A DNA stretch of 63,986 nucleotides, counting the filler, from Streblomastix strix (lineage: Eukaryota): assembly GCA_008636045.1 (NCBI GenBank). It is 3 parts of 3 records of this genome, joined end to end, with 100 filler letters (N's around TTAATTAATTAA, not from the genome) between each part and the next. Parts side by side here need not be neighbours in the genome. Positions count along the whole stretch, not along the records: positions 21,993 to 43,866 come from SNRW01000346.1; 2 more parts are not named here. One strand, 5' to 3'. The notes beneath the pieces are model-generated. The model had not been told where the DNA came from, ran no database searches, and saw only the letters and a program-made list of their open reading frames with translations. Positions within the stretch are counted from its first letter, which is position 1. Every line of letters starts with the position of its first letter. The translations under genes were made by a program, and so were the position numbers. Of this stretch, positions 27,828-40,942 are shown in pieces.

Positions 27828-27942
27828 CCCATCAGCAATACCCCATCATCATCTTCATCCATCTTCCTTTTTCACCAATGCCCCATCATTCTCCCAACAG
27901 CAATGCCCCATTATCCTCCTAACAGCAATGCCCCATCACTGT
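27828..27942 (+). repeat. Subterminal tandem motif CAGCAATGCCCCATCA (about 4 copies)
   Basis: CAATACCCCATCA, CAATGCCCCATCA, CAATGCCCCATTA and CAATGCCCCATCA seen directly, 60-170 nt inside the terminus. Confidence 0.75.
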
Positions 27943-28439
27943 TCGCCCCTCGTGTAATGAAAATGCAGTAATGAAAAAACATTAATGTTCCCCTATATAT
28001 ATAAATTAAAAAAATATAAAAAATAAAAAAAAATTAATAAAAAACGTTAAAGGTTTTCAAATGTATTATGTTTGTGGTTCATAATAAGATAATATATAAA
28101 TAAATTTAAATTAATTAATAAATTGAAAGTTTGAAATTACGGGTAGGCAAAAATTAAAAAATTAATGTTAATAAAAATTTATTTCGCGTTAGCGCGAACT
28201 GTTTGAAATTGTGCTTTAAATTTATGTTAATTTAGATAAAAATATATTGATTAAATAAAATTTGCATTAGTAGCATTTAATAACATATCCACCGGTATTT
28301 TTGCCCAATTGTAAAAAACAAAAAATGTCTCGTGCATGCATTAGCTTTTACAACACCCATCTTCTTTTTTTATGATGGGTGGACTCAGTCCTGTTCTTTT
28401 ATGCTGGAGCAAGAACTGTTGGCCCCTCGCTCGTGGAAA

Positions 28440-28550
28440 AAATTAAAACTTACTGTTAAGTTTAACGAATGAAAGGGCGTGAGCGGGGGGAGTCGAACCT
28501 AGACACTCGACTTGATAATAGGGGGACCAGTCCCACTGAGCCATTTGCGC
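28440..28550 (-). ncRNA. Putative Pol III (type 2 promoter) tRNA-like small RNA
   Basis: A-box TGGCTCAGTGG (28543-28533) and B-box GGTTCGACTCC (28499-28489) at tRNA-like spacing; T4 and T6 tracts at 28448-28437. No proper cloverleaf. Confidence 0.55.
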
Positions 28551-28583
28551 GCATTTATTAATATACAATTTAAAACATATATA

Positions 28584-29751
28584 ATGTCCAATAGAAATAA
28601 ACCAATTAACGAAGTAATTGACATTTTAATTTTTAAGCCTGATAAAATAAACTTAAAGGATTTCATTAGAAATACCAATAATTATTTTAATTAATAATTT
28701 ACAATAAATAATTTAGAGCAGAAAATTTAAAATAAAACAATTTCGCAATGGTATAAAATTTATTTAGATAATTATTTAAACTATCACGCTGAAAGAATTA
28801 AATAAAATACCAAGCCAAAATAAGTAAAGGAATAAATTGAGTCAACGATAATATAAAATCCCTTCAGAAACAAAGCAAAAGATAAAACAAATATAGTTCA
28901 AGATATAAAATTGAAATCATTAAAGAAATACCAACGACCATATTATTCGCCTTTGTTAAGTAGCTGGGAAATTGACGTTATTTTCATAATGCATCCAACA
29001 ATAAATAAAATCAAATAGAATTATCTTTTCGCCATAAATATTAATACAAAATATTTAATTGTTTATCCAATCAAAGATAAAACAACTAATGAATTACTCA
29101 GATGTATAAAATAATTAGTAAAAGACCAGCATGTTTCCAATATTCGTTCTGATGGTGAGGCCGCCCTCGGTAGCAATCAAATAAAGGACTATATAAAATA
29201 AAATGGCATCACATATTATTTTACCTCATCCAAATTTATCAACAAAAACCGAATTGTTGATTCTGTTATCCGAACTATAAGAAATGCATTTGAAAACGAT
29301 GACCAACTCATGGCTAATAATAAGCAAATGTAGCAAGTCGTTGATGACTACAATAACTCTAAACATTCGGCGTTCAAGAGTAAATTTACACTTCAGCAAG
29401 TTAATGAATCAGAAGATTTAGAAGGTATATATATCCGTTAGAAAATAAAACAAGCAGCCAACATAAAAGAACTATAAACAAAGGATAAATTATTAGACCT
29501 TCACTAAGGGAATATATTAATGATTCATCTAGATCTTTCAAAAACCCAGCATTACTTTTAAAAGAAACGAAGATAATTTAATGAAATCGCCGTATTTATT
29601 AATTATAGCCATGGAAACGTTATTTGTGAATTATTAAGGCCGTATAAAGATATTAAAACTGTTGAAGTTCCCATTTTTACTATACAAAGAAAGTAACGGA
29701 TTCTATTGATACTTTATAATAGAAATATAAACGAATTTTAAGTTAAATTGA
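28584..29751 (+). CDS. Retroviral-like (rve) integrase; frameshifted
   Basis: SWEIDVIF (D1), YLFAININTKY, NIRSDGE (D2), KNRIVDSVIRTIR (third acidic position is D) and YNNSKHSA. Confidence 0.88.
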
Positions 29752-29781
29752 TTTAATTTTTTATTTTTTATCAGTTAATAA

Positions 29782-30246
29782 ATGGAAGGTAAATAAATTG
29801 AGAAAAAATCACGTAAAAAATATGTAAAAAAAGGGAAGCCATCAATGAATCCAATTGTGGAACCATCAATGGAACCAGTAATGGAACCGATAATGGAACA
29901 ATCAGTGGAGCCATCAGTGGTCCCACCTGTGGGGCCAACGACAGAGCCGCCAATGGAACCGTTAATGGAGGCTCCAATCGGCAGGCCCGCAACACCAAGA
30001 CAAAGTATGCCACGAAAATATTACACTGAAGAAGAGGCTAAAGATATGGCTAGATTACAACGTAAATAATTCAAATAACGTTTGAGAGAAAAATAGAAAG
30101 TATTTAAATCTGACATTTCTGAGCAATAATTATCAGCCCAAAAGTTGTTAAATAAAGTTGCTTTATCAAAGGAGGATTTAATTAAAATCATTGATATAAT
30201 CGAAGGGAAGATAGAGCAGGTAGATGTAGCAGTATAGACTTTTTGA
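29782..30246 (+). CDS. 154-aa protein with PxME repeats and a GRP...RKYYTEEEAK DNA-binding-like motif
   Basis: Intact frame with TAR=Gln extends ORF-track 29845..30069; 12-nt repeat units. Confidence 0.75.
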
Positions 30247-30248
30247 TT

Positions 30249-31049
30249 TCATTTTTTCTTATTTTTGTCGTGTTTCTTTAGTGTGTCTTATGTAGCTATT
30301 GATTGCATTAATTTACTTGTTTTAATATAATTCTTTCGCTCCTTTGACCTATTAATTCTAGACTATTTATCTAGATATTATTTTTCTGCTCTTAATGCTT
30401 GAATTCCTCCATCTTTCATATAGTACGCGGTTTTCATTATCGGATATGGGGTATTAGTAAATTCTTTATTAATTGGTTGATGGCCACAATCAGTTGCACC
30501 ATATTAGTATTATAATTCTTTTATTGTTTATGCATTATCTTTTTATAACATTTTACTTTCAATTTAATTCTCTTTATCTGCTCCCATTTATTATTACAAT
30601 AGTGTTCCTTCTTGTGATTCTTCGGTGAAACTACCTGTCAAAAGATTAAATGGGTCTTACGATTATATTCCTTCTCCATCATTGGGGTCCTCCTTCATTT
30701 TTTCGTTTTCGTTTTATTTTATGCGTTCTTTTATTTATATAGGGTATGATAATCGTCGGCTTGCTAAATCGTGTGAAGGTTCATTTAGTCGTGCATTAAT
30801 ATTATTGGAATATGTTATCTTTTTGTCAGGAGTCCCTTAAAAAGCCATTGCTACCTCTAGCGCTGATTACATCAGCATTTAAGCCATTGGGTCCTCGTAT
30901 TATGTTGTTTTGGGCTTGGGTATGTAGTATATCGTTCTCTTTCCTTTGTTATCTTCTTTTATAAGAGTGTTAAAGTTTTAGTTTGATGGGGCCGATTGTT
31001 ATATATTTCGTTGCGTACTTAGTTTTCCCTTTATTCCTTTTTTAAGCAT
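30249..31049 (-). CDS. Viral hypothetical protein (266 aa)
   Basis: 801-nt ATG-TGA frame, open only with TAR=Gln (MLKKGIRGKLSTQ...). Confidence 0.7.
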
Positions 31050-31217
31050 TTTAGTAAATTTTAAAAATATATTAATGATATTTTAATTATAAATAAATAG
31101 AAACCAATTTTTGTGAAATATTAATTATTATATCTAGAGCTTTATTATTGATGACTTAAATTTATGTAATTAAATATAAGGCTTGAACTTTGTTTTTATA
31201 TATTTATTTTTAAATAA

Positions 31218-31445
31218 ATGATTAAAATTTCAAGCGAGGAATTTATGATATATTGTTCATTCTTAAGTTCTCTTGTTTCTTTAGCCACGAAATTAGACCC
31301 AGAAATTGAACTTCGATTTTTATTGAAGCAATATAATAAGCGTCTGAGGATGGAAGAGCTAAAAGAAGTGGTATAATTAGCCGCGGAAAATAGCTAAAGT
31401 GCTGTTATAAAATTAATGGAATTATTTAATGAAAAAAGCAAATGA
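31218..31445 (+). CDS. Small viral hypothetical protein (75 aa)
   Basis: TAAATG start; MIKISSEEFMIYCSF...NEKSK then TGA. Confidence 0.65.
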
Positions 31446-31468
31446 TTCTTTATTTTTGTTATACATAA

Positions 31469-32930
31469 ATGTCAAACATCGGCATGCAAATTATTAGCTC
31501 TGACTCAGAAGAAGATTTTGTGACGTGGAAGACCACCATACCCTCTGGCTATAATTCATTTCAAGTGAATAGCATTAATAATATACCAATAAATTTAACC
31601 TATTATTTAAATAGTGATTATATAGAAATATAGCACAATATTATTTCTACCCCCTATAGGAAAATACATTATTAGCAGGATAACGGAAATGGTTACTTTT
31701 CATTATAAGTATTAATGGAGTTGCCCCCAATCAGGCTAAATTTAAATACAGCTACAAATAACTGATATGTCGATGACCAAGATAATCAGGGATATAAATA
31801 CGTTTCATAATTGCTTGCTCTTTAAGTTCCTTAGTTTATTAATTTTATTGATGGATAAGAAAAATATTTCAAGTTATAATCAACCACTAATCGAGGCGCT
31901 ATTTGCTTTAATAACCCCCAGAATGAACATACATAAAAATTATCAAATAATAAATTTTCATTAAATACAAATTATGGACACGATATAGTAAGTTCAGCAA
32001 TGAATTATATAAATTTAAGAATTTACGCGTTCCTTTATCATTATTGGATAATGGACTATAGCACAAGCGTAGCATATCGAACAATAGGATTAATCCGATT
32101 ATATTGTCCAACTACAAATAATTTTATAACTTCTGTTGAACCATTATCGCCAAACGCATTATCTGTACGTTATTTATTTGGTAAGCGCATAAATATTACT
32201 TCAGCGGGTGCGATAACAACATCAGATGACCAGCCAATAAATGTTTAATAATAGACCATGCAATAAATAATCAATAATATAAATACTTTCCCAGTGAGAA
32301 TAATATGCTCACTACCAGCACTCACCACTCAAGAATGGACGGATATTTATGCAGCTGTAGGAAGATAGGGCTTTTATGGCTAATTCATCGCGGAAGTTGT
32401 TGGTGAATGGTCAGTAGTTGAACATATTAATTGGTTCGCTAAAAAAAATAATATTGTCACCAAATTAATATGCTTAATTAGCTGAGGCATTGGATTTATA
32501 TGACGGGATAAATGAGAATGGATCAAATTAAATATCAAATCTTTCGTCGTCTATAAAATAGATTGATTTAGAAACATGGTTTTATAAGACTAAATTTCCT
32601 GCTAATAGTTTGATTCCTGACCTGCCAATATTCAGCCCATTCATAGATAATTTTATTGACTATCCACAGATATTAATTATATGCGTAAATAATTAATTGA
32701 AAGGAATAACGATGGAAACAGTCGGAGGTAATCGGTTCAATAATGTATGCTTCAAATAAAACTTGGTTGATGATCCAGTTTTATGGTTTTAAAATATGCT
32801 CTCGCAAGAGTGTTTTATTGTCTAAAATAAATCAGTGATATTTACATTATATGATAACTTTGGCCGTAAGGTGCCAACATAATACGGGGATATGTATAAT
32901 AATCTTTTACTTGAGATATAATTTAAGTGA
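31469..32930 (+). CDS. Candidate minor capsid (penton) protein; frameshifted
   Basis: About 485 codons, beta-rich. The C-terminus VIFTLYDNFGRKVPTQYGDMYNNLLLEIQFK resembles the hxhxDxxG...hxhxh end of Polinton/virophage mCPs (pattern recognition only). Confidence 0.5.
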
Positions 32931-32964
32931 ATCTAATTATTTTTATTTTTCTATCTTTTATAAA

Positions 32965-33279
32965 ATGAACAAAAAAATCGATTATTACCATTAAGCAGCA
33001 ATAGATTATGCGTTCCGTATCAGAAAGATTAAAGCTTATTAAGATTAAATAATTAACCCAGATAAATATACCCAAGAATATATGCCTTTTGGATTCCATA
33101 AATTGACTGAATAACGGAAACCAATTAATGATATTATTGATGAAGCATAAAATTAGATAAAAATATTCAAATAATGGCTATATTAAGATAAAGAAATCAT
33201 AAATGTTTTGCATTAAGCATATCCAGAATTGAAAAATGAATTTGATACCATAAACTAAGAATTTCTATTTGGCAATTGA
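32965..33279 (+). CDS. Small viral hypothetical protein (104 aa)
   Basis: 315-nt frame open with TAR=Gln (MNKKIDYYHQAAIDYAFR...). Confidence 0.65.
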
Positions 33280-33350
33280 TTTATTTTATTTTTATTTTAT
33301 CCTAACTAAATTTATTTTTTATTTTTTATTTTTATTAATTCGTAATAAAT

Positions 33351-36300
33351 ATGTCATACTTAAAGAAGAAGGAAATTTTGTTATTGCTTTAAACAGTTGG
33401 ATAAAATAATGTAAATCGCCGCTTAAGAGTACCCGCACTAAAAAATTAACTAAATCAAATATTTGATTAATTAGAATACCCCAAAAAGGAAGAAACAATT
33501 TAACCCAATTAACGTATTTTACAAATGCAGTACGTCAGCGATAAGTTGCTAAATCTTAGAATTAACAACAGCCGCAGGCGGAGGTCGGATGACCGACCTA
33601 ACAATAACAACAATAACAATAACAACTAATGTAGTAAATTAACCAAGTCAATTATTTCCATTAAAATTAATATGAATACGATTTGCTTGAATATAGACGT
33701 AAACAATAATAAGAATAAGTATAGCAAGAATATGATTAATAGATCCAATAGCATTTGCTTAACGAAACAATTTAATTCACAAGACCCGAGAACTTTAGCT
33801 GGACCAGAAGCAATTTTGTTTTACCCCAAATGTACATTGATATAATATAGAACGAAGAAATAAAGGATAAAATTAATAAGTACAATAATGGTGAAGTTAA
33901 TGAGATTGAAAATGACTGGTCTAACACCTTGCTTTATTTTCCTCCATAATAAAAGGATAAATTTATTGAAGCAGTTGATGAAACATTCAAAGGGTATCAT
34001 TTTGAAAAGGATATTGAAGGTGAAATAAGCAATACATATTATAATTATTTCATTTATTCTTTAGGTGAGATAAATAAATTTATTGATGACGTCTATGAAA
34101 AATAAAACCATAAAGCATTTAAAATTGCCTTTGATTTTGGGGTGATTTATGAGGAGAAGAATAGTGACAAGCTGGGGCACCTATCAGTGTCATACGGTAA
34201 CATTCGACCCAATGAAGCAAAGACATAAAAGCACACCCCCAAATCAATCATTAAAGGGTAAGACATCGAAGAATATAAGGAGTATGTTAAATCAGAAATA
34301 ATAGATATGTAGAACTTTAATTTAGATAACACAAAATAGCGTTTCTTAGCGATTTATTCAATGATGATAAAAAAGTTCAAATTATCACAATTTCACATAG
34401 GCGGCAGCATTAAGAAATTAATTGATTTTCATTTGAAAAGACATAAAAACTGTTTGGGAACGACAAGAAGCAAATATAATATATGCTGGTTTTACGCCTA
34501 TAATTTATTTAAATATCCTGACACCCCAGAGAAAGGAATTAAAGAACATTCACGGGAGCTCATGGCAAAAGAACACATGGCTAAATTTTATGAATTACCA
34601 TATGAAACAGATGATAATGAATTTCAAAAATGGCTAAATGATTTCACAGGTTTTGACATTGAAACAGAAATTGATGAATTCGTTTTAAGGGAGAAAATTA
34701 ATGTAAATATATATAGTTATTCAGTGGAAAGTTAAACATATCATCAGTCAAAAGTGTATAAACATAATGAAGACGTTAATGAAGCCGCCGATGAATCCAA
34801 TGATGAAACAGTTAATGAGCCCGTTGTAGTTCCTGACTTTAATGTAGTAATTGACGAAACCAGCCCCGAAAAGGCCATCCAAAGGCTAAATGATTAAGCC
34901 GCAACCCTTACCCAAGCTTTTTATATCTCGAATAAAGAAACTTTAACAGGATTGAAATTTTGCCCCTTCTGTACATAAAAAGCATCTGACCCTAAAGACA
35001 TTCATTTCGTGGCACAATATGAGAAGCACATTAAGAAATGCGAGATAAATAAAGGTAAAATTGTCAAAGAAATTAAATTGGAAGCTGAACAAAGGTCATT
35101 TTGTCCTCATATAAATTAGAACAAAATATATTAATTCTTGCTAGCAAATAATCGAGAAAATGAATTTTAGCCTACATAATATTATATCACTTATGATTTT
35201 GAAACAGTGGAGAAAATAATTAATAAAGATTTTGGCAAATCAAACAAATAGATTTCATAATTGGTTCCCCTTTCTGTAGCCTCGACAATTAAGAACAAAT
35301 AAGGTATAAAAACAATTTACTATGATTTGAGAAATAGCGATGATTTTATAAATTAATGGCTCAAATAAATATTTATAGAAGCAGAATAAATTAACCATGA
35401 CAATTAATATATAAACGCTGACGTTCCATTTGACGTTGAAGTTCCAATCGTTGGTTTCAATAGCGCAAAGTTTGATTTTGCTTTGATATTTAAAAATCTA
35501 TAATCATCGGACTGGGAAATTAAAAGCTATATTGGTAGTTCTTCACAAGTGAAATAAATTATTGATAAAAATAAGAACTCATAAATTAATCTAAAATTCT
35601 GTGATATAATGGTCTATGTTCAAGCGATGACATTGAAGGATTTTGCATAAAATTTCTCTAGCTAAAAAGATAATAAAAAATGCGTATTTTCAGATGAATA
35701 TATTAACTCTGATAATTTTAATAATGTTCTTGATAATACTGAGCCATTCCCTCAAGAGGCTTTCAATTCAACACTAAAGAACTCATTAGTGAATAACGAC
35801 GAATATAAAAATTATTTAGATGACGCAAAATAATTTAAAAATAGATGAGAATATTTATAGTACTATAATGAACAGGATATAAAAATAATGATAGCACCAA
35901 TAGACAATTTAATATAAATGAATTGCAAATATATAATTGATATGTTTAGTTTTATGTCCATAGCTGCATGTGTAAACGCCATCAAATATGCATTTTCTTT
36001 TTAAGATTTTGATATAAATTCTAATTATCCTCCTTGTATTGATAACTCTTAAAAGTTCATTTTATATCCCAGTTATTGGAAATATAAAGTAGATAGTTAT
36101 AAATTCCAGGACTAAATTAAAAAGATAGACCCAACAAATAACGTACGAGTTGATGATTATGAATATTTTAAGCAATTTTTCGAATCTTCTGTATGTGCCA
36201 TTTGCTGCGATAAATTTACAATGATGAACCGCCCAACACTCGATCGAATCAATAATGATTTACCACATACCAAACATAATGTATAACCCTGCTGCTTATA

Positions 36301-37920
36301 TTGCAATAAATAGTGTTCAAATAATGATAAAAATATTAGTAAATTATTTATTCAACTTCGAAGGTTTTGAATGTTGCACTGTCTCCCTACAAATATAACC
36401 AATATAGACGATTATAAATTTATCCGTGGCGGGATAACTGGAGGTTTATCTAATGTCATGCATAGAGAAAATATAACAAGTAAAGATTATGTAAAAAAAT
36501 TCGTTTATAATGCAGCACATAAAAAGGTTCATGTTCAAACATCAAATAATCTAATGTCTCATATTATGGGTGCTGATTTTAATTCCTTATATCCCAGCGT
36601 CGTGTCATCAGAGCCACATAAATTTATAAAATACACAGGAAATAAAATGTATATAGCTGGCTTCGTCATTGGTAGGACAAGTGATAAACAAAACATAATG
36701 GATATAATTAATAATAAAAATAGATTCACCCCACAGAGTCAATTATTTATAGCTGAATTAAAGGGGCACATCGACGAAAAATATATTAATGATTTTGTTA
36801 ATTTCCCACCTATTTAAGAAACTATACATTTACTACGAATGAGGAAACCATTGGGTCCTACATGTATAATCATATGAAAAATAATGGTATTAAAACAGAC
36901 CGAAAATAAAGAAAATTAACAAATTTATTATCAACGATGGAGGAATTTATGTCTTTCAACTCTTACTATCTATGATTCTTGATTGATGACTGCCATTTTA
37001 TTATTGTTGATGTAAAACAATTAATTTTATATAATAAACATGATGGATTTAATCCGCTCGTCAAGGAATTTATAGGCAAGAGAATATAAGCGAAAATAGA
37101 AGGAAATAAAGGACTAGAATAATTTTGTAAAATAACGATGAACTCCTCATATGGAACCGATGGAATGAACACGGAGAAATATATCGAAATTAAGGTCATG
37201 GATAAGAAGGGAGCATTAAAGGCCCATTTATCAAATACTTTTATGGATGAACAATAATTATCTGATAATGCATACGCGGTATAAATGAACCCCGAAACCT
37301 GCACATGTAAGACACCAATTTAAGAGGCATATTTTGTATTGAATAATGCCAAATTTTGGTATCTTAATTTTAAATATAATTTTATGCATAAAGCTTTTGA
37401 CATGGAAAAAATACACTTCATAGAAGGCGATACTGATTCGGCCTATTGGAACGTTAGTGGGGACGCTAATGCAGGATATTTATAATAATTTAACCATGTG
37501 ATTAAAGATAAATAATTCTATGATGATAATTCAAAATATTTCTTCCCCACTATTGAAGGTGATTTACTCGATGAGAAAAAAATACTAGGATTAGCTATCG
37601 AAAATGAAGGAACCGAAATGATAGCACTAGCGCCTAAAAATTATTATATCAAGGTAGGGGAGAAAGAAAAAATAAAATTAAAGGGGGTCAATTAGAAAAC
37701 GACTAAAATTAGCAATTTAAATATAGTGGATAACATTAATAGTGGAACGATAACGAAGGTGACTAATATGAGGCTAGGGTAAAAGAATTATATTATGTCA
37801 AAAATAGAACCACAAAAGAACAGCATTACTGGGATACACACCAAGGCTATTGTACTAAAAGAATAAAGCTGTTGTCCTTATATTCTTGGTCTTAAAGCTA
37901 GTGATTACGTTATTGATTGA
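33351..37920 (+). CDS. polB: Protein-primed family B DNA polymerase with N-terminal TP/vOTU-like region and HNH insert; a few lesions
   Basis: YNICWF, CPFC..HxxxC, ExoI YYITYDFETVE, ExoII GFNSAKFD, ExoIII YYNEQD, HNH CAIC..TLDRINNDLPHTKHNVQPCCLYCN, IRGGITGG, A ADFNSLYPS, B KITMNSSYG, C EGDTDS and LAPKNY. A few frameshifts and in-frame TGAs (~35846, ~36368). Confidence 0.95.
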
Positions 37921-37977
37921 ATAAACCAGCCCATGCCAAATAGCTCGGGCTCAAAAGTGTGGATATTTTTGTTCAAA

Positions 37978-38848
37978 TCATCGAGCAGCACCAGCCGGTG
38001 GGGACCCCCACTGACTCAAAAATAAATTGTTTTCATTGATATAATATTTTAACTAGGTCATCCAATTCATTTAAGAACTTATCATTATCCGATTTTTGAA
38101 CTTCCATTGTGGAATAACGAATTGATATATTTTTAAAGCTTATCCTAATATTTTTTATTATCTCATGGTTTCCACTAACTGCTACGGGTAAATCATAATA
38201 AATTTTGATAAAGCTTTTATCTTCTTTAAAGTTATTTTTATGCTGTCTATGGAACTTGTATTTTATTGAATCTTCTTTTTCTTCGATTAATTATAAAGCT
38301 AAAATATAATTGTTTTCTTTGTCAATGGGTATAACTCTTGGTTTCAATGATTAAATTTGAATATCTTTATCAGTATTTAATTAATTTAATTCCCTTATAA
38401 TTTACTATATTTTGCTGTTAGCATGTTATTCAATGGCTTCAATAACCTCTGGATTAATTGTTGCTTAAACACGACTATTTACCTAGTCCATTATTTTATG
38501 AACATAAACAGCGTATTTTGGTTCAATCCATGTTGCCACGTAGTTGATTAGGATAGGGCTGATATAATAGCCTTTGTAAGCATTTTCAAATCCTTTATTT
38601 ACATCATACACTAATGGGTATGCCTGTTATTGGGCATGCTCAGAATCATCCGTTTCTGCTTTTAAATAATCTTTCCAATGTTAAGATTCAATTAAATTTC
38701 TAAACCGCCTATTATATTAATCACAAAATTAAGTAGCAATAATGTAATGGTCTTCAGTCTTAATCAATAATTTTAAACCGTTATATGAACCTTCAATTAA
38801 ACGAATATTGTTGTTTGAAATTTTAGCGATAATCCTAACTTGTTCCAT
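37978..38848 (-). CDS. KilA-N domain protein; frameshifted
   Basis: GSYNGLKLLIKTEDHYIIATQFC...KGYYISPILINYVATWIEPKYAVYV matches the KilA-N pattern. The 3' end is approximate. Confidence 0.8.
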
Positions 38849-38944
38849 TTTATAAGCTGATAAAAAAATAAAAAAATAAAGTTGTTTCCAAAATCGTTTT
38901 ATCGGTAGTTGCAATATTACAAGGACTCAATTTTTTATGATTTT

Positions 38945-40022
38945 TCAAAATAGTCCTTGGCTACCACCCGAGACCATAAATTCTATTTCTTAATATTTCA
39001 TAAAGACCGAGCCACTTATTTAATACCATAAATTCATATTTATTTAGTGTGTTATACAATTGCTAAAATTCTTCGTAATAAAAATTTTAAATTGAATTCT
39101 CCTCATACTCCTATTTTAAATCACTCTCGCCTGAATTAACTCCTAAACAAATGACATGCGACAGTATCCTCGCTGTCTTAAACAAATAACTTGGCCGTTA
39201 AGCTATAAAGAATATGGTATTTTTTCTATGGCGAGAATCACTAACCAAATGGATAATGGTCTTGGCTAATGAGCTACTAAAACGTTATATATCAGCATTG
39301 GATCCAATGTCATCGAAGATCATTAATGTATTCAATAATAGAGCATCTTTTAGGATGGGTATTTTTAGTATTTTAATATCCGCGGTTTATTTATCGTCAA
39401 TAACTTTTAACTTCTTTTGAAAGGATACATTTTAAATTAATGCTGGGATTTTGAACCGCAATATTGGACTGGGTTATGAGTATTTATTTATGGTCTCCAT
39501 CACTATAGATTAAAATAGCTCAGTTATTCGTTCAATATATTTGTCTGGTTGCTCGGCCACTTCGTGGCGGTCTGCCGACTCCCTCTTAATCGGATTCGCT
39601 TCTATTATTTTTTCTTTCATTCGCTTAATAAAATCGCTATTGTAATCAAAATTTTATTCCCACAGCTTATAATAAGTATATACTTCTTTAGTGCTATATT
39701 TTACCTCGTCAAACTCTGGCAAAAAAACCATAGCCTCGCTATATGTTATATTCACTATTTATATTCCTTTGCTATTTTAATTTAATGCCATTGTTTCATC
39801 CGCTCCAAAATTAGTGAAATATAATATAAATGGATTAATAATTCTTTTATACATAACGATTAGCTTGTACATTAATGTAGTTTTACCCGAGCCAACAGCC
39901 CCAACGATATAGTGGTTACCGTTGATGAGGAACAATGATATTTTCGTAAGGGGACGCGTTTTGTATTCATTCAGTAAATTCTTGTTTGTAAATTATATAT
40001 TTTGTAAATCTGCTAATAACAT
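38945..40022 (-). CDS. A32-like packaging ATPase (second, divergent type); one frameshift
   Basis: Walker A HYIVGAVGSGKTT, Walker B LMIFDDIG, SRHRKNTIFFIAQ (Arg-His and Gln motif). Confidence 0.88.
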
Positions 40023-40070
40023 TTTAAGAATATTAAATTTTCAACGAAGTTGCATTTTTACAAAGATTAA

Positions 40071-40442
40071 ATGAACATTTTGAATTTGATTATAGGGATG
40101 ATGAACTACATGTTTTATGGCATCAATTTTATTATATCTATTTTATCCTTATCTATCCCTGACAAATTAACTGACACTGTTAATTTAGTTAAATAATTGT
40201 GGGGATATTTGGATATAGTATTGGTGCTATTAAACATAACAATTTATATAATACAATTTTTTTATCATAGAAAAATGGGGAAGAATCAAAATATAATTCA
40301 TTGGAATAAATTAACGGAGTAATAAATTGAGGCACTTTTGAACGAAGCGATTGCAAATAAAGATTTTGAATTAGCTCAGCATTTCCGTTATATATTATAT
40401 TTGAAGATGTTGAATTAGCCCCAAGATAAATAATAAGTTTGA
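40071..40442 (+). CDS. 123-aa membrane protein with two hydrophobic segments and a UVR-like C-terminal motif
   Basis: MFYGINFIISILSLSI and YLDIVLVLLNITIYIIQFFY; LLNEAIANKDFELAQHFR. Confidence 0.65.
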
Positions 40443-40476
40443 TTTTAATATTTTTTATTTTTTTATCTGATATAAA

Positions 40477-40908
40477 ATGACTCTCGCTTCGCTCAACCTT
40501 TCAGTAAATTAATTTGAGAAACTGGAATTTTATTTGAGCCAATACAAAGTAAAGAAAGATGGGCAATTAATAGAGTAAATCAATGACATATCATTTAATG
40601 AACTCCGCTTATGGAATCTGTAATTTTATTAATTAACCAAAGCCAAAAAAAGTGATTATACATATTATAGAAAGTTAAAATAATACGGGAAATATAACGA
40701 AAAATACATTTTCGTTAATGACACAAATAATAATGAATAAAAAATAAACATAAAACAAATCATTCAATCAAATCATAAGAAGAAGGCCATTATGCAAAAC
40801 GAAGTTTCGCTACCGCTTGCGGCTGGAGCAATCAAAGAGCCCATTAACGTGCCTATAAACGAAGCCATTAATGGATACGTTGATGAGGAATAATAATGCG
40901 GGATATGA
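40477..40908 (+). CDS. Viral hypothetical protein (143 aa)
   Basis: 432-nt ATG-TGA frame with TAR=Gln. Confidence 0.55.
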
Positions 40909-40942
40909 TAAATATTATTTTTATATTTTATTTAATATATAA

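Noticed and set aside
27828..27942. CRISPR-like array
   Set aside because: Units are ~13-16 nt with short irregular low-complexity spacers, there are no cas genes, and the context is eukaryotic.
28475..28550. Canonical tRNA gene
   Set aside because: A and B boxes are present, but the acceptor, anticodon and T stems do not pair.
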